From: an uncultured virus (IMG/VR IMGVR_UViG_3300033273_000398)
Taxonomy: Duplodnaviria; Heunggongvirae; Uroviricota; Caudoviricetes
Length of the DNA stretch: 20,000 nt
Reading direction: 5' to 3' (one strand)
IMG/VR virus record: IMGVR_UViG_3300033273_000398
Of this stretch, positions 8,163 to 16,377 are shown in pieces. Under the pieces are notes generated by a model. The model was not told where the DNA came from, searched no databases, and saw nothing but the letters and a program-made list of their open reading frames with translations. Within the stretch, counting starts at the first letter, position 1. Every line of letters begins with the position of its first letter. Position numbers and translations under genes: made by a program.

Positions 8163-8366
8163 ATGGAGTTACAGACTATTATTACTATAGCTGCCGTCTT
8201 CTCGGTAGTTGTGGCCATGTTCTTTGTCTTTAAAAAGACAGCTTCTAAAGATGTACCAGTAGTTGCTAATGACAATATAGAGGACCTAAAGAAACTAAAG
8301 CAAGAGGTAGACGATCTTAAGAATATGGTACAAGACTTCGTTTCAAATAAGGAGACCGATGCTTAA
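8163..8366 (+). CDS. Small single-TM protein with C-terminal coiled coil
   Basis: N-terminal hydrophobic helix; IEDLKKLKQEVDDLKNMV heptads. Confidence 0.7.
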   Translation: MELQTIITIAAVFSVVVAMFFVFKKTASKDVPVVANDNIEDLKKLKQEVDDLKNMVQDFVSNKETDA

Positions 8367-8829
8367 GCAAGTTATTACTATATTAACTATTCTTATTGCA
8401 TATTCTGGTATTTCTCAAGACATGCTTACATATGAGTACGTTTTACCTAGAGAGAAACACACTAAGCCCACAGACGAATATGGCAATGAAGTTTACCTAG
8501 AGGACTACAAGCCCACTGATGTGATTTATATTGGAGCCAAAGAGCTTGATTATATTCTAACAAGAGGTGAATATGGTAAGGGAATCCTTTTAGGCACTTT
8601 TGTAGTTAATGATAAGATAAGGTTTAATGGCGAACTTGTAAACACAACATGGACGCCTAAACATGACCGTTATCATCTGTCAATATGGAAGGAAGAGCCA
8701 GAAGCTGAGACGGAAACAGGTAATACTATTAATGTATATACGGTAGGAGGTGCTTTAGGGCACCCAGGAACTAAGAGCTATGAGATTATGAGAAAGGATC
8801 TAGTGGCTCTAAGAGGACAAAAATACTAA
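8359..8829 (+). CDS. Exported hypothetical protein
   Basis: Signal peptide ending SGIS|QD; overlaps the upstream stop. Confidence 0.7.
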   Translation: MLKQVITILTILIAYSGISQDMLTYEYVLPREKHTKPTDEYGNEVYLEDYKPTDVIYIGAKELDYILTRGEYGKGILLGTFVVNDKIRFNGELVNTTWTPKHDRYHLSIWKEEPEAETETGNTINVYTVGGALGHPGTKSYEIMRKDLVALRGQKY

Positions 8830-8835
8830 TTTACT

Positions 8836-9102
8836 ATGGACGTTAAAAAGGGAAAAGTATTCATTGATTTCTATGCTGATTGGTGTGGACCTTGTAAGAT
8901 GATGGCCCCGGTCGTTGATGAACTTGCTGAAACACTTGATGGTGTAGAGGTTATAAAGATAAATGTAGATAACGAGCCTGATTTAGCAATCGAGTATGGC
9001 GTTAGAAATATACCATGCTTCTTATACCTAGAGGATGGTGAAGTTATCAACAAAGCAATTGGAAGAAAGACAATAGAAGACCTTAAATCTATGGTGGCAT
9101 GA
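8836..9102 (+). CDS. trxA: Thioredoxin
   Basis: DFYADWCGPCKMMAP active site; YGVRNIP cis-Pro motif. Confidence 0.95.
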   Translation: MDVKKGKVFIDFYADWCGPCKMMAPVVDELAETLDGVEVIKINVDNEPDLAIEYGVRNIPCFLYLEDGEVINKAIGRKTIEDLKSMVA

Positions 9103-9587
9103 AGTTCTTAAAGAACATTTTTTTGTATTGGGGTGAGCTATATACTGAGATACGTACATGGTATATCTTTATGCGTACTGCAAAAGAGAATGTAGATAAG
9201 CTCAATAAGGAGAATCAGCTTAGAGTAGACTGGATTGGTAGAGTCTATGGTGTGGTTAATCTTCCTGAAGAGGTTCAGGGAGCAGCCCAACAGATACAAG
9301 AGGCTTATGTTCTTCAAAAGATAACAGACTATGGAAATGTTATGCTCACCATTGGTCTTGCAGATGTAGTCTATCCTGAGATATCTAGGGTTAGCCAGGC
9401 TTCGTATCTAGTTGTTCTCTGGCCAGTCTTTGAGAACTTTAATCTTTGGAAGATTATAGGCAACATCATAAAGACTTCTCTATTCATATTTACAGTTGTA
9501 GTTCTTATTGCAGCTATGCTAAACCACAAAGAATATATGATCGAGTGGTTTATCATGACCAAGGATATGATACTACAATTATTCTAA
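9099..9587 (+). CDS. Hypothetical protein with C-terminal TM helix
   Basis: ORF track; ATGA overlap; hydrophobic segment LFIFTVVVLIAAML. Confidence 0.7.
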   Translation: MKFLKNIFLYWGELYTEIRTWYIFMRTAKENVDKLNKENQLRVDWIGRVYGVVNLPEEVQGAAQQIQEAYVLQKITDYGNVMLTIGLADVVYPEISRVSQASYLVVLWPVFENFNLWKIIGNIIKTSLFIFTVVVLIAAMLNHKEYMIEWFIMTKDMILQLF

Positions 9588-9588
9588 T

Positions 9589-10029
9589 ATGGCAAGACTA
9601 TTAACACTATTGCTTTGTTTGGTTCCTAGTCTAGTATTCTCACAGAAGCTAGGTTATGAGTTAAGAACCAACAACAAATCCTATATTACTATAAGTCATA
9701 AGATCCATGATAAAGGTGGATTAGAACTAAGACACAAAACAGATCTAGGTGAGAACAGATTCACCTATAGGCATAATTTTAGTTTAGGAGACACTCCTAT
9801 GATATTTAGCGTGCCTCTTCACTATAAAGTTGAGAAAGATGAACCCACTTTTGAACCAAGGTTTATCTACAAGTTTGATAAGTTTAAGCTTTGGGCCCAA
9901 CAAGAGTTTTGGTTTGACGAACTATACAATCTAGCAATTGCAACCGATATACCATACAAGCAGTATGTGTATCGTCTCGGTTGGGACACTTCTAATACTA
10001 TACGATTCAGAATTTCTATTAAAATATAA
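9589..10029 (+). CDS. Small putative outer-membrane beta-barrel protein
   Basis: Signal peptide VFS|QK; alternating amphipathic strands (LGYELR, GLELRH, FEPRFIYKF, YVYRLGW, terminal IRFRISIKI). Confidence 0.55.
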   Translation: MARLLTLLLCLVPSLVFSQKLGYELRTNNKSYITISHKIHDKGGLELRHKTDLGENRFTYRHNFSLGDTPMIFSVPLHYKVEKDEPTFEPRFIYKFDKFKLWAQQEFWFDELYNLAIATDIPYKQYVYRLGWDTSNTIRFRISIKI

Positions 10030-10032
10030 AAC

Positions 10033-10971
10033 ATGAGTTTACTGACTATGATGGGCTTTGCCCTTGCCGGCTATTCAGTTATAGCCAATGACAGCGTACA
10101 AACACTAGGTACGTGGATTGCTTCAAATCGAGAAAAGTTTAAGTGGTATGTATTATGGTTAGCTGCTTCGTCAGTTATGGCTGCTACACTTATCTACGGT
10201 TGGAATGTATATGATGGAGACATCTCTTTTGGCAGATTGACTAAGATTCCATATCAGGAGGTTCAGTGGTATCACGCTATGGCACCTTTGGCCCTTGTAC
10301 TTCTTACGCGAAAGGGTATTCCTGTCTCTACCTCATTCTTGGTTTTGTCTGCATTTGCGTCTACATTCGTTCTTGAAAAGATGCTTCTTAAGAGTGTTGT
10401 AGGATATGGTCTTGCTGCTGTTGTATCGTATGCCCTTTGGTTCTTTATCTCTAACTTCATCAATGAGGATAAGGATATTAAGGAAAAGAATAAGCCTTTC
10501 TGGCGTGTTTTTCAATGGTTCACAACTGGATTCCTATGGTTCACATGGCTTTCTCATGATGTTGCTAATATCGCAGTATTCTTGCCACGATCTATTTCCG
10601 CAATAGAACTTACAGCAGTTATTGCATTTTTTACTGCAGGTCTTGCATGGATATTCTATAACCAAGGTGGTAAGATCCAAGATATTGTACTTGATAAGCA
10701 AAATACTAAGTATGTTAGATCAGCAACACTTATCGACCTTGTATATGCATTCTTGCTTTTGTACTTCAAGCAGATAAACAACATTCCTATGTCTACCACT
10801 TGGGTATTCGTCGGTCTTCTATGTGGTCGTGAATTGGCTCTTAATACATATCTCACTAGAAAGGGTAATCTTAAGCAGGTATTCCCTATTGTAGCAAAGG
10901 ACTTTATGAAGCTATTGATCGGTCTTGCAGTCTCGGTTGTTATCGTACTATTGATTCATCATGTTCTATGA
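10033..10971 (+). CDS. PiT/PHO4-family inorganic phosphate transporter-like membrane protein
   Basis: Two-halved architecture: ANDSVQTLGT..GIPVSTSF and SHDVANIA..NIPMSTTWVFVGLLCG; ~9-10 TM. Confidence 0.8.
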   Translation: MSLLTMMGFALAGYSVIANDSVQTLGTWIASNREKFKWYVLWLAASSVMAATLIYGWNVYDGDISFGRLTKIPYQEVQWYHAMAPLALVLLTRKGIPVSTSFLVLSAFASTFVLEKMLLKSVVGYGLAAVVSYALWFFISNFINEDKDIKEKNKPFWRVFQWFTTGFLWFTWLSHDVANIAVFLPRSISAIELTAVIAFFTAGLAWIFYNQGGKIQDIVLDKQNTKYVRSATLIDLVYAFLLLYFKQINNIPMSTTWVFVGLLCGRELALNTYLTRKGNLKQVFPIVAKDFMKLLIGLAVSVVIVLLIHHVL

Positions 10972-11062
10972 TATCTCATTATTTGAACTATCATTTATTT
11001 TAATAGCATGTTCGGTTATTATAGTTACCGCAATATGTGGCTGGATTAAAAGCGATGAGTAA
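10961..11062 (+). CDS. Small single-TM peptide, 33 aa (MFYDISLFELSFILIACSVIIVTAICGWIKSDE*); not in the ORF track
   Basis: Fills the gap exactly, overlapping the PiT stop and the exonuclease ATG at 11055. Confidence 0.5.
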   Translation: MFYDISLFELSFILIACSVIIVTAICGWIKSDE

Positions 11063-11816
11063 TTACAGTATACGTAGAGTACAAGAAAACGATCTTAGAT
11101 TTTATGAGGTTACAGATGGCGACAGTGTTATAGCTAAGTTGCCATCTGTAACTACTATTCTAGGTGAGACAAAGGATAAGTCTGGCTTAGATAAGTGGAG
11201 AAAGAAGGTCGGTGAAGAAGAGGCAGATAGAATCTCTACACTCTCTATGAATAGAGGTACTGTAATGCATAGGCTTATTGAGTTATACAAGCCTATTGAA
11301 GGTACTAAGGCTGAAAAGCTTAAAGCACTAAAAGAATTAGCCAAAGATGATGGCGAGGTTAATCAGTTTAGTGACCATGAAGACGGAGAACTCTTTTTAA
11401 GAGAGGGCTGGAAGTTCTTTATGAAGTTCTATTTTAATAGCTCTAATTTCTTTGATAGGGTAGATGAGGTTGTAGCAGCAGAAGAGTTCTTGTGGACTAC
11501 AGTCCACAAAGGATGGGCTGGAACTGTAGATAATGTCTCTAGCATGTTAAATGGAGATATGCTTATTATAGACTATAAGAACTCTAGGAAGCCTAAAAGG
11601 GATGAATGGATCCAAGACTATTACATGCAAGCATCTGCTTATTGGATAGCATATTGGGACCGATATGGCAAGAAGGCTAATGGCGCTGAAATATGGATAG
11701 CAAATGAGGTTGATAGTATACCACAATGCTTTTCACTTACAGATGACGACCTAAAGTTCTATTTTCAGGAGTTTTTAAAGCGTCGGGAGAGCTTTCATAA
11801 GAAATTCAATATATAA
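11055..11816 (+). CDS. Phage PD-(D/E)XK exonuclease (Cas4/lambda-exonuclease-like superfamily)
   Basis: LPSVTTILGET, LDKWRKKVGEEEA, RGTVMH, AGTVD..IIDYKNS, YYMQASAY motifs; ATG 11055 preferred over the 11037 start. Confidence 0.85.
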   Translation: MSNYSIRRVQENDLRFYEVTDGDSVIAKLPSVTTILGETKDKSGLDKWRKKVGEEEADRISTLSMNRGTVMHRLIELYKPIEGTKAEKLKALKELAKDDGEVNQFSDHEDGELFLREGWKFFMKFYFNSSNFFDRVDEVVAAEEFLWTTVHKGWAGTVDNVSSMLNGDMLIIDYKNSRKPKRDEWIQDYYMQASAYWIAYWDRYGKKANGAEIWIANEVDSIPQCFSLTDDDLKFYFQEFLKRRESFHKKFNI

Positions 11817-11837
11817 AGAAACAGTAAAACTAAAACA

Positions 11838-12137
11838 ATGGACAAGATTAACGATTTTTTGGCTAAACATGGTATGCTTATTACAATAGCACTACTGCTA
11901 TTGGTATATATGAAAGGATGTTCAACTAATTCTGACGTAGAAAGAATCAAGAAAGAAGTTAGAGCTCTTGATGAAAAGGTGGTTACTTTAGAAACTACAG
12001 TTCTAGAAGAAGGACTGAACGCAGAAGAGATGACAGATCTTATTAAAACTGTTCCTGCATGGAAGACTTTGCGTATTGAAGAAATTTCAGACAAGGAGCG
12101 TATTTCAATTAATGCATTAGAAGAAAAAGAGCAATGA
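11838..12137 (+). CDS. Membrane-anchored (possible lipoprotein) coiled-coil protein
   Basis: Hydrophobic stretch ending MKGC, then DVERIKKEVRALDEKV coiled coil. Confidence 0.7.
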   Translation: MDKINDFLAKHGMLITIALLLLVYMKGCSTNSDVERIKKEVRALDEKVVTLETTVLEEGLNAEEMTDLIKTVPAWKTLRIEEISDKERISINALEEKEQ

Positions 12138-12352
12138 ATCAAGACAATAATACAGAAAAGAAGTCACAAGGTCTTGGCGACGATATCGCTAAGATTACAA
12201 AGGCTATGAAAATTGATGTAGCAGCAGCTAACGTTGCTAAAGCTATGGGAAAAAAAGACTGTGGTTGTAAGAAGAGGCAAGAGAAATTGAATAAGATGTT
12301 CCCTTACAATAATGCAGATCAGAATCAAAATGAATCGGGATCTAATAGTTAA
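12134..12352 (+). CDS. Conserved small phage protein (GLGD..IAKITKA..DCGC.KRQEKLNKMFPY type)
   Basis: Motif recognised from small phage hypothetical proteins; function unknown. Confidence 0.75.
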   Translation: MNQDNNTEKKSQGLGDDIAKITKAMKIDVAAANVAKAMGKKDCGCKKRQEKLNKMFPYNNADQNQNESGSNS

Positions 12353-13001
12353 GAGGTTTGTAATTTCAACGTTTGTAGTTCTCTATATTCTTGTATCGCT
12401 TATATCAACGATACACGTTATAGACTTCTTCGAACTCTCTAATCCTTACTGGCTTGCAGTTACACTTGCCATTGGATTTGAGCTTGGGGCTGCAGCTTCA
12501 CTTTCATCTCTAGTCATACTAGACAAAACCAATAAGACTCTTGTGTGGGCACTTTTTGGTGCTATTACACTTATGCAGATGCAAGGTAACATGTACTTTG
12601 CCTTTATAAATCTAGAGGACTTCTCAACATGGTCTGAATTATTTGGCCTTGATGAGGAGGATCCACTATATCAGAAGAGGGTCTTAGCTGCAGTTTCAGG
12701 AGCTATATTACCTCTCGTAGCCTTAGGATTTATAAAGTCACTTGTAGACTATATAAGACCAGAGGGCAACAATGAAGTACCTTCTGATTCTGTTTTAGAA
12801 GCGCCTGAGGATGATTGGGACGAGGATCACGCACATGATATGGTAATGAATCAGATGGTCAGAGAAATAGAAGAAGAGGAGCCTGATTTTGCACCTACGC
12901 AAGAATATGCGGATATGGAAGAAGCCCTAAATCAAAAGGCTCAAAGCGATATGCAAGAATTCCTAAATCAAAAAAGAGGTGATTCAGAAACTGCCGATTG
13001 A
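12330..13001 (+). CDS. 4-TM membrane protein with acidic C-terminal tail
   Basis: Four hydrophobic helices, then a D/E-rich tail; ATG 12330 preferred over 12312. Confidence 0.75.
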   Translation: MNRDLIVKRFVISTFVVLYILVSLISTIHVIDFFELSNPYWLAVTLAIGFELGAAASLSSLVILDKTNKTLVWALFGAITLMQMQGNMYFAFINLEDFSTWSELFGLDEEDPLYQKRVLAAVSGAILPLVALGFIKSLVDYIRPEGNNEVPSDSVLEAPEDDWDEDHAHDMVMNQMVREIEEEEPDFAPTQEYADMEEALNQKAQSDMQEFLNQKRGDSETAD

Positions 13002-13401
13002 TATAGAGCGTAATTATATCACGAAGGGATTAGACCCCGATACACTTACTGCTCTCATAAAGGAGAATAACTATAGAATAGCCGAAAAGATATATTGCAT
13101 AGCTAACGGCATAAAGGAGATTAATCACTTTATGGAAATTGTGGATAGGGATGACCTTAGACTACATGCTACAGTAAGAATATACCCGGCGTTTGCAGGG
13201 GAGGCCAAACTACAGGCTTCTTCTATTCCATTTATACGTACTAAACTCATATCTACACCACATTACATTTTAAGATGTAGGCTTTATACTACTAGAACGT
13301 ACAATGATATATTCAATATAGAGCACAAAACTACCTCTACCGATAAAATCTATGATATGTGCAATGAGCTTGAAAAATACATATCAAAAACATACTTATA
13401 A
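12979..13401 (+). CDS. Hypothetical protein, 140 aa
   Basis: ORF track (GTG start); fills the space before the amidase. Confidence 0.65.
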   Translation: MIQKLPIDIERNYITKGLDPDTLTALIKENNYRIAEKIYCIANGIKEINHFMEIVDRDDLRLHATVRIYPAFAGEAKLQASSIPFIRTKLISTPHYILRCRLYTTRTYNDIFNIEHKTTSTDKIYDMCNELEKYISKTYL

Positions 13402-13402
13402 T

Positions 13403-14347
13403 ATGAAAAGAAAATACATTTTAAAAAAGGGAGATACAGGAGACCTAGTTAAGGCGCTTCAGAATATCCTAGGTACTGTTGAAACTGGTGTTTTTGACGA
13501 TATGACTTCTATTTATGTTAAAAGGTTTCAAACTAACGCTAACATAGCAGCAGATGGTATAGTAGGCCCAATTACGTGGAAAGCATTGGGATTTAGTCCA
13601 GCCGAGTTTTATGCTGACACAGATTTACAGACTTCAGCCACATGGATTGAGAGATATCCTTTACCAGAGGGAGAATATGTTAAAAGAGAAACCAGAAAGC
13701 AATACATTTTCTTGCATCATACGGCTGGTAGATCTAATCCTTATAAAGTTATAGACCACTGGGCTAATGACCAAAGAGGCCGCATAGGAACACATTTTGT
13801 TATCGGCGGAATAGATTCTACGTTAGACGTTAATAACTTAGGTAAGGTTAAATTACCACATGACGGTAAGATTCTACAGGCTATACCTGACGCGTATTTT
13901 GGATGGCACTTAGGTCCAGTTAAATCTCATAGAATGCATACTAGTTCTATTTCTATTGAGTTATGTTCTGCTGGTTACCTAAAAGAAAAGGATGGAAGAT
14001 TCTTAACATGGTATGGTGAGGAAGTTCATCCTTCACAAGTTGAGGAGTTAGTTAAGCCATTTAGAGGTTACAAGTATTTTCATAGATATAGCAAGGCCCA
14101 GCTTCAGTCTCTTGAGGCTCTTCTCTATCTCTTATCAGATAAGCATGGTATAGACATCAGCGCAGGGCTTCCGACAATGCTTACTGGAACTAATAATGTA
14201 AACGGTGCCTTTGAATACGATCCTGATATAGATAGGGGCAGAGTTAAAGGTCTATTGTCACATACACATGTTAGAACAACAAAGACTGACATAGCACCTC
14301 AGAAAGAAATGGTTTACTTATTAAGGAGATTAGTTCCTGTTAAATAA
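13403..14347 (+). CDS. Endolysin: PG-binding domain + N-acetylmuramoyl-L-alanine amidase (Amidase_2)
   Basis: LKKGDTGDLVKALQ..VKRFQ..ADGIVGPITW (PG_binding_1); IFLHHTAG, THFVIG, WHLG, SISIELC, LLSH..KTDIAP; ATG 13403 preferred over 13352. Confidence 0.9.
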   Translation: MKRKYILKKGDTGDLVKALQNILGTVETGVFDDMTSIYVKRFQTNANIAADGIVGPITWKALGFSPAEFYADTDLQTSATWIERYPLPEGEYVKRETRKQYIFLHHTAGRSNPYKVIDHWANDQRGRIGTHFVIGGIDSTLDVNNLGKVKLPHDGKILQAIPDAYFGWHLGPVKSHRMHTSSISIELCSAGYLKEKDGRFLTWYGEEVHPSQVEELVKPFRGYKYFHRYSKAQLQSLEALLYLLSDKHGIDISAGLPTMLTGTNNVNGAFEYDPDIDRGRVKGLLSHTHVRTTKTDIAPQKEMVYLLRRLVPVK

Positions 14348-14388
14348 ACAATTATAACAAACATCGTATAATACTAAAATTATTACTC

Positions 14389-14577
14389 ATGTCACAACAA
14401 GAACAAGAACAAACAGTTGTTTCTCCATTTGATGAAGTTAAGGATATGGACAACCAGAAAGCTCTGACTATCCTATTCCAAGCTTCAACTGCAGCTCAGA
14501 AAGCCGGCGTGCTTTCAGTTAGAGATTCCGTCCTACTTGCAGCTGCTATTGAACACTTCTCAGATTCAGAGCAATAA
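14389..14577 (+). CDS. Small hypothetical protein, 62 aa
   Basis: ORF track; TATAAT-containing A-rich leader. Confidence 0.65.
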   Translation: MSQQEQEQTVVSPFDEVKDMDNQKALTILFQASTAAQKAGVLSVRDSVLLAAAIEHFSDSEQ

Positions 14578-14608
14578 TCCGCTACTATCCTCCCATTACT
14601 CATAGTTA

Positions 14609-14648
14609 TAGGAGATTTTAGGAGATTTTATCTAGAATTGGAGATTTT
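14609..14648. repeat. Three direct GGAGATTTT repeats (14611, 14621, 14640)
   Basis: Seen directly; the first two have 10-nt periodicity. Confidence 0.8.
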
Positions 14649-14649
14649 T

Positions 14650-14975
14650 GTACAGGCACGTTGTACCCCGAAAGGCATATGGCTGACCACGGCTGACCCT
14701 AAAGGACCTCAGAGAGGCCAAAAGAGGTCTTGTGAGTTCGCCATATGCCTCTCATTTTTATGAGTGATACCCCAACCGCATCCCTCATATATCCAGTGAA
14801 GTGCCGATGATGTCCGCATAGTGCAGAGATTGTAATGATTTCTCACGTAGCGTACAGATTGTGTAGTGTACGAATAGGCTATTATAGTCTACAGACTGCG
14901 TAAGATTTAGTGATTGTACATAATAGCGTCACATAACTAAATCTGCCCCGCGCGCGCCGCTTTTAGGCGACGCGT
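14650..14975 (+). ncRNA. Candidate structured non-coding element (ncRNA, origin or packaging site)
   Basis: Longest ORF-free gap in the window; consecutive stems including 11-bp (14673-83/14740-50) and 9-bp (14903-11/14936-44) perfect inverted repeats. Confidence 0.4.
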
Positions 14976-15004
14976 TAACGGATAGATAAAAAAACTAAAG
15001 AGAG

Positions 15005-15631
15005 ATGAAGATATTTTTAAGATTTATGGTTGTTACAACTTTCATTATAGTTGGCTTCCTTACCCTAAGTTCCTTTACGCAGTCTGAACCAGAAGACATC
15101 AAGCGCGCGGTTATGGGAGCCTATTCAGTTGAGTATTCTCAAAAGCTCCAGCAGCCGTTAAAGGTAGAATATATGGTTAACTGTCCTGTTCCTGAATTGT
15201 CAAGAGATGGCTTAAGTTTCAGAAAGTCTCCATGGGGATTTAAGACTTCAGATAATGATGACTATAAGAACAATGTCTGGGATAAAGGTCACATGGCTCC
15301 TGCACAGAGCTTTGCATGTAATGAGGCGCAGCTTAGACAGACTTTCTATTGGGAGAACTGTGCACTACAGCATAAAGATCTTAATCGTGGGCCATGGAAA
15401 GAGGTAGAGGCATTTGAAAGAGACTTGGCTAAGCATTATGATACAGTTGCCGTAACTATTAAGCTTGACTTTAATAAGTTTAGTGAGGTTCTAGAGTCAG
15501 GTGCTACTATTCCTGATGGCTTTAGAAGGCATATCCATTTTGGCGATCAGGATATATGGCTTTACTTCCCTAATGACAGTACTGTAAAGGGTAAAGACTG
15601 GTCTGAATTTAAGACGGCTCTTAGAAAGTAA
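15005..15631 (+). CDS. Exported DNA/RNA non-specific endonuclease (NucA/EndoG beta-beta-alpha-metal family)
   Basis: Signal peptide; WDKGHMAPA; TFYWENCALQHKDLNRGPWKEVE; IPDGF. Confidence 0.9.
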   Translation: MKIFLRFMVVTTFIIVGFLTLSSFTQSEPEDIKRAVMGAYSVEYSQKLQQPLKVEYMVNCPVPELSRDGLSFRKSPWGFKTSDNDDYKNNVWDKGHMAPAQSFACNEAQLRQTFYWENCALQHKDLNRGPWKEVEAFERDLAKHYDTVAVTIKLDFNKFSEVLESGATIPDGFRRHIHFGDQDIWLYFPNDSTVKGKDWSEFKTALRK

Positions 15632-16029
15632 TGCAGTGCCTTAATACACATCCTATTAAGAAGTCTGATTTAGGCTTCCATGGTAATCTATTTGGCGGTA
15701 AGCTTTTAGCATGGTTAGATGCTGCTGGCGCGCACTATGCAATGGAGCTTTGCGATACACCTAGGATGGTGACTGTTTCTATAGATAAATGTGTCTTTAA
15801 GAAGCCAGCAAAAGAGGGTCAGATGCTTAAGATCTATGGCCGGCCTGATATAGTAGGCGGAAGTTCATTAACGCTTTACCTTGAGGCTAGAAGCCATTGT
15901 GTCTATTCAGGTAGGCAAACAGTTATTCTAAACACATATATTAAGTTTGTTAGGATCGATGAGCTAGGTGATGCGGTACCTATCTCAGAAAGAGCAAAAG
16001 TTAAGATAGCCAGAATGATAGAGGACTAG
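15631..16029 (+). CDS. Hotdog-fold acyl-CoA thioesterase (YciA-like)
   Basis: DLGFHGNLFGGKLLAWLD..MVTVSIDKCVFKKP..VGGSSL..FVRIDELG. Confidence 0.9.
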   Translation: MQCLNTHPIKKSDLGFHGNLFGGKLLAWLDAAGAHYAMELCDTPRMVTVSIDKCVFKKPAKEGQMLKIYGRPDIVGGSSLTLYLEARSHCVYSGRQTVILNTYIKFVRIDELGDAVPISERAKVKIARMIED

Positions 16030-16038
16030 TCCGATTCT

Positions 16039-16046
16039 GATATATA
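16039..16046 (+). promoter_or_regulatory. Putative late-promoter motif GATATATA followed by a GTAGCA/TGCTAC hairpin (16051-16065)
   Basis: Intergenic, recurring motif. Confidence 0.5.
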
Positions 16047-16086
16047 ATAAGTAGCATGTTGCTACAGAAATAATACGATTAAAGAG

Positions 16087-16377
16087 ATGAATCGTGTAGA
16101 TAAGTTTTTAACTCTATTCTCGGATTTTGAGTTAGAGGTTAAGCCGGTCTCGAGAGAGACTGAGAAGAAGCAGTTGCCTAAGGCGACTGAAACCAGTAAG
16201 AGCAAGGCTAAGTCTGAGCTCAAGAGGGAGTTGAAGAGGCTCAATCGTGAGTATACGAGGGCTAAGAGGAGCTTTAAAACGAATAAAATAACTAAGCAGG
16301 AGCTCTTTGACTTCGAGTGGAGAATCTTCGAGATCCATGAAGAGCTGAAGAGGCTTGACGAGGAAACAGAAGAGTGA
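16087..16377 (+). CDS. Charged helical hypothetical protein, 96 aa
   Basis: ORF track; K/E/R-rich. Confidence 0.65.
   Translation: MNRVDKFLTLFSDFELEVKPVSRETEKKQLPKATETSKSKAKSELKRELKRLNREYTRAKRSFKTNKITKQELFDFEWRIFEIHEELKRLDEETEE

Noticed and set aside
9589..10029. Beta-barrel as the PorP/SprF partner of the type B CTD protein
   Set aside because: At 146 aa it is about half the size of PorP/SprF, shows none of the motifs I would expect, and is linked to the PiT gene instead.
11055..11816. Exonuclease as Cas4 of a CRISPR system
   Set aside because: It lacks the four-Cys Fe-S motif, no other cas genes or array are present, and it matches ordinary phage PD-(D/E)XK exonucleases.
14580..14949. 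tmRNA on the minus strand (starts GGGGCAGAT..GAC), or tRNA/RNase P/hammerhead
   Set aside because: There is no matching 3' acceptor/T-arm/CCA end, no cloverleaf around GTTCG at 14736, no RNase P GAGGAAAGUCC core, and CCGATGA is not the hammerhead CUGANGA core.
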